A stretch of 64,000 nucleotides of DNA. It comes from an uncultured archaeon (GTDB taxonomy: Archaea > Aenigmatarchaeota > Aenigmatarchaeia > GW2011-AR5). The stretch covers positions 55,615 to 119,614 of the forward strand of contig CAZRDV010000001.1 of assembly GCA_964599215.1 (NCBI GenBank). The letters run 5' to 3'. Shown piece after piece: positions 57,743-64,000 of the stretch. Under the pieces are notes generated by a model, which saw only the letters and a program-made list of their open reading frames with translations, did no database searches and was not told where the DNA came from. The stretch's first letter is position 1. Each line of letters starts with the position of its first letter. The position numbers and the translations under genes are program-made.

Positions 57743-57889
57743 ATGGATGTACCAGATTGTTGTGGAGAGAAAATGAAGATTAACATAGAGACGAGCAGGT
57801 TTATCGAGCTGCGGTGCAATAAATGCGGTGACATAGTCTACCTCAAAAAAGATGCTGATTCCCAGAAGCCTGTTATGCTTGATGACTAG
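57743..57889 (+). CDS. Small zinc-ribbon protein (48 aa), putative
   Basis: Own translation gives MDVPDCCGEKMKINIETSRFIELRCNKCGDIVYLKKDADSQKPVMLDD. Below the ORF-track cut-off. Confidence 0.3.
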   Translation: MDVPDCCGEKMKINIETSRFIELRCNKCGDIVYLKKDADSQKPVMLDD

Positions 57890-58836
57890 AAATCTGTCAG
57901 GTTCTTTAAAGAATTTTTCTTTAGCACGAAGTCATTTTCTATTCTTATTCCGTCTCTCTTATAGATGCCTGGCTCGATTGTGAAGACCATGTTTTCCTTA
58001 AGTATGTCTTTGCTGTCCTTTGAAAGTGATGGCTTCTCATGAATCTCTATGCCGATTCCGTGCCCGAGTGAATGTGTAAAGAATTTCTTATCCCTGCCCA
58101 GCTTTTTCCTGACAAAAAGGTCAATGTCGCCTGCTTTTACACCGGGCTTTATTCTTGGATATACCTCTTCCAGTATTTTTTTAAGATGCCTCTCTTTGCT
58201 ATGGCCAATGGTTCTTGTTACGTCTGAGCAATAGCCTTTGTATTTTACTCCGAAATCGATTAGCAGCGGTTTTTTGATCTTCTTTTTGGTTGGCACGTGA
58301 TGGGGATTCCTTGTGTTGCTTCCGCTTGCTACTATGGGGTCGAAAGAGGGTTCAACACCATGGTCATGGATAGCTGATAGTAATTTCTGCTTAAGCCTGA
58401 GCTCTGTTGATCTGCTATCTATTTCGAAAAATATGTCTTTTGAAATTTTACATGCCTTTTTTATACAGTTCACTTCATAGTCTGTTTTAATCGACCGGAC
58501 CTGCTCAAGCTCCTTTGTTATGTCTCTTGTGCTTGCTCTTTTTCTGATCAGCCTGAAAATAGATACAGGGAGGTTTTTTTCGTTAATTCCTATAACGCCG
58601 TCCTTCGGCAGTTTTTCTATAAATTCCTTGTTCTTTATTACTATTCTTCTGAAGCCTTTTGGTTTTTCATCTATTTTGCTCTGCATTATAACAGGCTTAG
58701 AGAAGTCGTAGAACAGTATGCCGCTTGAAGAGTTTGTAAAATAGAAAAAATTCGGGTCCTTGGAAAAAATCAGGATCCCGTCCAACTTTTTTTTCAGATG
58801 CCTTATTTTCCCCAGCCTTTTCTTTATCTCGTTCAT
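57886..58836 (-). CDS. M24-family metallopeptidase (Xaa-Pro aminopeptidase/creatinase-like)
   Basis: Pita-bread metal-ligand pattern HSLGHGIGIEIHE and FTIEPGIY. 316 aa. Confidence 0.8.
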   Translation of the reverse strand: MNEIKKRLGKIRHLKKKLDGILIFSKDPNFFYFTNSSSGILFYDFSKPVIMQSKIDEKPKGFRRIVIKNKEFIEKLPKDGVIGINEKNLPVSIFRLIRKRASTRDITKELEQVRSIKTDYEVNCIKKACKISKDIFFEIDSRSTELRLKQKLLSAIHDHGVEPSFDPIVASGSNTRNPHHVPTKKKIKKPLLIDFGVKYKGYCSDVTRTIGHSKERHLKKILEEVYPRIKPGVKAGDIDLFVRKKLGRDKKFFTHSLGHGIGIEIHEKPSLSKDSKDILKENMVFTIEPGIYKRDGIRIENDFVLKKNSLKNLTDF

Positions 58837-59984
58837 TTTAAATCTTTCATTGTCAGGATCTTTACTGGTCCTGATTTAACCCTTTCCTTGTAATCAGTTC
58901 CTACCAGGCATGCAACCTTCTTCTGAAGTGCAAGATCAACAATGCTCTGGTTTATCTTACCGTCGAACACGATTGTATGGACGTCTTTGGTTATCATCTC
59001 TGCCAGCTCGCTTAGCGGAACCTTGCTCAGGATCTTATAATCCTTGTCTATCATGTAGGCTGCTCTTGACCCGATTATGTCCTCCATCAGCGAAGCCAGC
59101 CGCCTCCTGTCTTCAGGCACCTCGTCTTTCTTGACCTCTCTGCCTTCTTGCATTTTTTTAACAACAACCTGGTCAACAGGCACCTTTTCTCTCAGCGCTT
59201 TGAATATCTGCTTCTTTGTAAGCTCTTCTACCTCCTTTCCGCTCTCTGCCCTGGCAATAAAATCTATATCTGCCACTGACAGCAGCTTCTTGAGATCCAA
59301 GTCACCACCGCGGTCACCGTCAAGGAAGGCAGTTATTATTCGCTCTTTTGAGAGCGCCACTATGGTGTCAGGTATCTTGCTGCCTTCTATTGCTATGACG
59401 TTTCTTATTCCGTTCTTAAGTAGGTTTATAACATCTGCCCTTCCTTCAACTACTATTATTTCGTCTGATTCTTCCAGGTCAGGTCCGCAACTCAGTCCCT
59501 GATAGCTAAGGACTTCGTGGGTTCTTACTGCTTCTTTTATGGATTCTGATAGCTTCTGGCTGTCAGGCACGCCGTTCTCTATCATGTCCCTCATAATCTC
59601 TTTTGCACGGTCAACAACGTACCTTCTTTTTTGCGACCTTACGTCCTTTATTTTAATTATCTGTATCTTGGCATCGCACGGGCCAACCTTATCTATTGTT
59701 TCAAGGGATGCGGCTATAAGAGACGATTCTGAAGAATCCAGGGAAGACGGTATTTCTATCTCTCCGCTGCTTTTCCCGGTTTCTGTCTTTATGCTTACCT
59801 CTATTCTTCCGATTCTGCCGGTTTTCTGCAGCTCCCTTAGATCAAGATCCTGGCCTAAGAGGCCTTCGGTCTGACCGAATATGGCTCCTATGACGTCCGG
59901 CTTTTCCACAACGCCGCTTGCCTCGAACTTCAGATATATCAGATACTTAGCAAAATTCTGAGCTAGTTTAGACATACTAATCAC
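58833..59984 (-). CDS. dnaG: Archaeal DnaG-like primase (Toprim domain)
   Basis: Toprim motifs VVEGRADVINLL and FLDGDRGGDL. 383 aa. 4-nt overlap with the M24 peptidase gene. Confidence 0.8.
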   Translation of the reverse strand: MISMSKLAQNFAKYLIYLKFEASGVVEKPDVIGAIFGQTEGLLGQDLDLRELQKTGRIGRIEVSIKTETGKSSGEIEIPSSLDSSESSLIAASLETIDKVGPCDAKIQIIKIKDVRSQKRRYVVDRAKEIMRDMIENGVPDSQKLSESIKEAVRTHEVLSYQGLSCGPDLEESDEIIVVEGRADVINLLKNGIRNVIAIEGSKIPDTIVALSKERIITAFLDGDRGGDLDLKKLLSVADIDFIARAESGKEVEELTKKQIFKALREKVPVDQVVVKKMQEGREVKKDEVPEDRRRLASLMEDIIGSRAAYMIDKDYKILSKVPLSELAEMITKDVHTIVFDGKINQSIVDLALQKKVACLVGTDYKERVKSGPVKILTMKDLK

Positions 59985-60185
59985 CTTTTTTCGTATATAG
60001 ACAGAACCAGGCTTAACTAAATGCGGTACAGATAAAACTTATTTTTTCCATCAATTCACCGAATGAACATTATTGATAATCAAAACCTATTCTGTCTTGG
60101 AATATAATAATAGAAAGGTTTTTAAGGCTTGTCATGCCCGGGAAAATAGGCTTTTTGTTGCTTCTGAAGCCCTTCAGTATCCTTC

Positions 60186-60737
60186 TTAATCTTGGCCTGT
60201 ATTAGCATCAATATCAACTAATAGCTTGGCATCTTCGTACTTCTCTTTTATAATTTCCCTTGTCTCTGGCATCGTAAGCTTCTTGTCTGCCTTTTCTATC
60301 TTTTTCTTGACCCATTGCAAGGCTTTTTCAAAATCCTTTTCTCTTTCAAGCCCTATTTTTACCAGAAACGGCAGTGCAGTTATGTGCGCCATTGCATCTG
60401 CGTTGCGGACTATCTCTGCTTCTTTTGTTTTCGGTTCTCCACTTGTTCTGTGGGTTAGTATGCACTTCTTTACTTTCTCTATGTTTTCGTCGGAATAATT
60501 CAATTCCTTCAGAAGCTTGGCTGCTCTTTCTGCTCCTACTGTTTCGTGTTTTTCGTCGTTATCCTTTACAGCTATGTCGTGAAGCAGAGCAGCTAGTTCA
60601 ACAACCTCTTGGTCTGCGCTGGTTCTTTCAGCAAGAAGCTTTGCATACTTTACAACCAGAAGAACATGATAATTATAATCATCAGCAGTGTAGTAGCCTC
60701 TGGCTTTTTCTCTTAACTTTGCTAATCTGTCTGCCAT
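60186..60737 (-). CDS. HD-domain phosphohydrolase
   Basis: LAALLHDIAVKD HD motif. Start set at the internal Met MADRL. Confidence 0.7.
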   Translation of the reverse strand: MADRLAKLREKARGYYTADDYNYHVLLVVKYAKLLAERTSADQEVVELAALLHDIAVKDNDEKHETVGAERAAKLLKELNYSDENIEKVKKCILTHRTSGEPKTKEAEIVRNADAMAHITALPFLVKIGLEREKDFEKALQWVKKKIEKADKKLTMPETREIIKEKYEDAKLLVDIDANTGQD

Positions 60738-60850
60738 ACAAATCGAATATAAAAATTGTCCCACCAGTAACATCGTTTTTCATCAACTGGACCGAAGTCC
60801 TGTTCTAACGACTGAGGGCTGATGGGACAGTATTAATAGTAGGCATGGGT

Positions 60851-61339
60851 TTAAATGGTTTTCAGCTGGCCTATTTTCTTTTCAAGCTCTTTTCCAGTAG
60901 CCTTCAGGTTAACGAATTCCTTTTTCAGCAAAGGAAGGATATCAGAGAGATAAAAATCATTGAAGGTTCTTGTTACAGGCCCGGTTTTCTTCATTGCTGT
61001 CTGTAAGATGCCCTTGAACCTTATATCCAAGAAACCGTTTGTGGTGCTTTCTCCGTTCAGGTCAAAGATTATCACTGATCTGGTAAATTTGTCTATCTTC
61101 TTCTTTAATTCAAATGAAAGCTCTATCCTCTTTCTTGGTCCGTCTGTTTCATAGATGTTCTTCTTTTCAACAGGCTCGCCAAAATTACTTGCTATTTCCT
61201 TTATCTTAAGCGACAGTAAAAACGGGTCAGGCGTAGATAACCGGATGTTCTCGGAGAATATCTCTTCTGTTATACGCATATTAATTTTTTGTCTGGTTAG
61301 AATAAAAAGTTTGTTAATTAGTCCCTGCACTCTTCGCAC
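60851..61339 (-). CDS. Hypothetical protein
   Basis: 162-aa ORF with no recognisable motif. Confidence 0.4.
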   Translation of the reverse strand: MRRVQGLINKLFILTRQKINMRITEEIFSENIRLSTPDPFLLSLKIKEIASNFGEPVEKKNIYETDGPRKRIELSFELKKKIDKFTRSVIIFDLNGESTTNGFLDIRFKGILQTAMKKTGPVTRTFNDFYLSDILPLLKKEFVNLKATGKELEKKIGQLKTI

Positions 61340-61839
61340 TTGTAGACACCGTCTACCTCCTTGACATCGTCACTGTAGTTTCCGCATACCTCGCATCCTG
61401 AAAAGCCGGTTTCTTCACGCATTCTCAGTGCTCCCATCTTCATCCTCTCCAGTAGTATGTTGAACAGGGCAGGCTCGACCCTCAATATGTCATTATTGGT
61501 TATTATTCCAACAAGCCGGTCTTTATCAAAAACAGGCAGTTTCTCTATTCTCTTTGATACCATAAGCCGTGCTGCATGCTCTATTGTTTTTTTAGGCGAT
61601 ATCTTTATCAGGCTCTTGCTCATTACATCCTTTGCTTTTTTGCCCTTGCCTGATGCTATATGCTTGTATACGATATCACGCGTACTTAGTATGCCGACGA
61701 CTCTGCCTCCGGACATAACAAGAACGGAGCCTATTTTGTACTTTTTCATCATCATTGCTGCTTTTTTTATAGGGTCTGACACACCTATGCTCCTGATTTT
61801 CTTTGTCATCACGTCTTTAACAAGGGCATTGAACTTCAT
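61318..61839 (-). CDS. CBS-pair protein with C-terminal zinc ribbon
   Basis: Two CBS segments and a C-terminal CEVCGN...CEEC. 173 aa. Confidence 0.7.
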   Translation of the reverse strand: MKFNALVKDVMTKKIRSIGVSDPIKKAAMMMKKYKIGSVLVMSGGRVVGILSTRDIVYKHIASGKGKKAKDVMSKSLIKISPKKTIEHAARLMVSKRIEKLPVFDKDRLVGIITNNDILRVEPALFNILLERMKMGALRMREETGFSGCEVCGNYSDDVKEVDGVYKCEECRD

Positions 61840-61908
61840 AATGATCTATGCCTTAATTGTTATTATTATATTAAAAGTTTTTAATACAGGTATAGAGAGT
61901 GCATAGGC

Positions 61909-62289
61909 ATGTTCAAGTATATGAAGGGCTACCGCGGTGAGCGCGAACTCGTACATAAGCTATCAGGCCTTGGTTTCATGGTTGTGAGGACTCCTAGATC
62001 CGGAAGAATCGGGCTTGCGTCGCCGGACATAATAGCTGCAAAGGTAGGCAGGCTTATCGTAATAGAATGCAAGTCCAGGAAATCCGGATTCACTGTGCCG
62101 GCTGAGCAGCTGGATGAACTCAGGGAATGGAAAACCAAGGCCGGCGCTAAGGCATACATCGGCTGCAAAGTTTCGAGAAGGGGCTGGTTCTTTCTGAGGC
62201 TTGATGACGTTGTAAAAAACAAGGGCAATGTCGGGAAGAAGTTCCTAGAAGAAAAATCTATAACAATAGAAAAGTTAGCTGCTGATTAA
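61909..62289 (+). CDS. hjc: Holliday junction resolvase Hjc
   Basis: GERELVHKLSGLGFMVVRTPRSG...PDIIAAK...IECKSRK matches the archaeal Hjc nuclease fold pattern. Confidence 0.85.
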   Translation: MFKYMKGYRGERELVHKLSGLGFMVVRTPRSGRIGLASPDIIAAKVGRLIVIECKSRKSGFTVPAEQLDELREWKTKAGAKAYIGCKVSRRGWFFLRLDDVVKNKGNVGKKFLEEKSITIEKLAAD

Positions 62290-62357
62290 AGTATTTAAAC
62301 ATTTGACAAATTTTCATGACTAGAAAAAATTAAATACAGTCAAGTGAAATAGGTATC

Positions 62358-63671
62358 GTGAATTCTATGAAGAATGGCTCAGCTGTAGCTGGATTTTACA
62401 AGCTTGATATAAACAAGAGGCACAGGATAGTAAAGAGGTTTGCAAAGCTCAGTGAAAAGGATCTGAGATTGTTAAAGGGTGCTGCACTTTCTCTGAAAAC
62501 AGCTGACAGGATGGTTGAGAATGTTGTCGGCACAACGCACCTGCCGCTTGGCCTAGGTCTTAACTTTCTTATAAACGGCAGGGATTACATGGTGCCTATG
62601 GCCCTGGAGGAGCCGAGCGTGATTGCTGCTGCTTCGCATGCTGCAAAGCTTGCAAGGCCTACTGGTGGATTCGTTGCAGGCAGTGACGAGCCGCTGATGA
62701 TAGGCCAGATACAGCTGACAGGAATAAAGAACCTTAAGAAGGCGAGAAAGCTCGTGCTAAAGAACAAATCCAGAATAAAGGAGATGGCTAACAGTCTCGA
62801 CTCGACGATAGTAAATCTTGGCGGCGGTGTAAAGGATGTTGATGCCAGGATACTAAAAACTAAGAACGGAAAAATGCTCATCGTGCACTTAATAGTTGAT
62901 GTAAGGGATGCAATGGGTGCAAACATAATAAATACAATGTGCGAATTTGTTTCGCCTTTTCTTGTTGGCATTACAGGCGGAAAAATTGGGCTCAGAATCG
63001 TGTCCAACCTTGCAACAAAGAGGATGGCCTGGGCAAGGGCTGTCTGGAGCAAGGACATAATAGGCGAAGAGACTGTTGATGGTGTCTTAAAAGCGTACGC
63101 CTTTGCAGAGGCAGATGCGCACAGATGCACCACGCACAACAAGGGGATAATGAACGGTATTGATGCTGTTTTAATTGCGACGGGCAACGACTTTAGGGCA
63201 GTAGAGGCAGGTGCGCATGCCTATGCTTCTAATGGCGGTTACAAATGCCTGACCAAATACAAAAAAGACTGGCACGGAAATTTAATAGGAAGCATAGAAA
63301 TACCAATGGCCATTGGTATCGTGGGTGGTGTAACAAAAACTCATCCTGTTGCCAATATTTCCCTGAAAATACTGGGTGTTAAAAACGCACAGGAGCTTGC
63401 TGCTATAATTGCGAGTGTCGGGCTTGCACAAAACTTTGCTGCGCTTAGGGCACTGGCAACAGAGGGCATTCAAAAGGGGCATATGGAGCTTCATGCATGC
63501 AACATCGCAGTAATTGCAGGCGCCAAGGGCACGGCAGTAGAAAAACTCTCGAAAAGGCTTGTTAAAGAGAGAGACATAAGCGTCTCAAGAGCAAAGGAAC
63601 TTATGAAAACCCTTTTCAGGCGCAAGAAAAAGATAATTGTAAAAAAGAAAATCAGGGTACGGATTAGGTAA
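62358..63671 (+). CDS. hmgA: 3-hydroxy-3-methylglutaryl-CoA reductase
   Basis: Conserved blocks EEPSVIAAASHAAKL, DAMGANIINTMCE, GTVGG-like and an HMG-CoA reductase C-terminal region. 437 aa. Confidence 0.9.
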   Translation: MNSMKNGSAVAGFYKLDINKRHRIVKRFAKLSEKDLRLLKGAALSLKTADRMVENVVGTTHLPLGLGLNFLINGRDYMVPMALEEPSVIAAASHAAKLARPTGGFVAGSDEPLMIGQIQLTGIKNLKKARKLVLKNKSRIKEMANSLDSTIVNLGGGVKDVDARILKTKNGKMLIVHLIVDVRDAMGANIINTMCEFVSPFLVGITGGKIGLRIVSNLATKRMAWARAVWSKDIIGEETVDGVLKAYAFAEADAHRCTTHNKGIMNGIDAVLIATGNDFRAVEAGAHAYASNGGYKCLTKYKKDWHGNLIGSIEIPMAIGIVGGVTKTHPVANISLKILGVKNAQELAAIIASVGLAQNFAALRALATEGIQKGHMELHACNIAVIAGAKGTAVEKLSKRLVKERDISVSRAKELMKTLFRRKKKIIVKKKIRVRIR

Positions 63672-63678
63672 AGGATTA

Positions 63679-63882
63679 TTATTTGTAAACATCAAGGATT
63701 TTTATATCCCCTAGGCCTCGTTTTAAACATGTTAAATCTTTTTTATCTGCCAAGAACATGCTAGATGTGCCGTCTGAATGACCAATACCAAGCGCATCAT
63801 ATTTATCCAGCATGTCAAAATATCTTCTGGAAGTTACCACATCTGCACATTCGTCATCAAAAGCAACTAGTACTTCAACCAT
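63679..63882 (-). CDS. Hypothetical small protein
   Basis: 67-aa ORF. Weak support. Confidence 0.25.
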   Translation of the reverse strand: MVEVLVAFDDECADVVTSRRYFDMLDKYDALGIGHSDGTSSMFLADKKDLTCLKRGLGDIKILDVYK

Positions 63883-64000
63883 AATTAGAAATATAGGTAA
63901 AATATAAAAAACGGTTGTATTCCATTTACTGCCGAAATATAGTTATATCCAGCTAGCTAAGTTAGATCCGATTGGGAAAAAATCATAATCAGTCTGGTTA

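Overview
The window is a low-GC archaeal chromosomal segment, consistent with a small-genome DPANN-like archaeon. The archaeal markers are topoisomerase VI A/B, aIF-1A, an HMf-type histone, RadA, Hjc, archaeal DnaG, tRNA-splicing endonuclease EndA, the archaeal secE-nusG-rpl11-rpl1-rplP0-rplP1 cluster and class-III-signal pilins. A few genes look bacterial in type: a short AlaRS and a YidD-like protein. Most of the window is information processing: LeuRS, PheRS alpha/beta, GlyRS, AlaRS, ribosomal proteins, FtsZ, a MinD-like ATPase, an FKBP, TrxR, sugar-nucleotide metabolism and HMG-CoA reductase. Four tRNAs are present and three carry introns, one apparently at a non-canonical D-loop position. 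The most interesting content is a 9-gene, single-strand Tad-like type IV pilus operon at 34127-43464. It has three Q+1/E+5 prepilins, further class-III-signal secreted glycoproteins, an 873-aa heavily sequon-decorated vWA-domain protein that is a putative PilY1-like tip adhesin, a FlaI/TadA-family ATPase, two separate single-domain TadB/TadC-like membrane proteins and an embedded CBS-pair/wHTH regulator. The tail of a second pilus locus lies at the window start, and a solitary pilin gene at 33685. Other notable signals are: a 579-bp repeat-dense intergenic region next to an AAA+/winged-helix gene, possibly an origin or iteron region; a family of roughly 19-nt GTTAGGGA-core repeats; two paralogous RPA-like genes, one inside the ribosomal cluster and one coupled to radA; three adjacent hairpins beside tRNA-Arg; and a TAG-interrupted, frameshifted ORF series. 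All protein-family calls rest on motifs read by eye and need HMM or BLAST confirmation.
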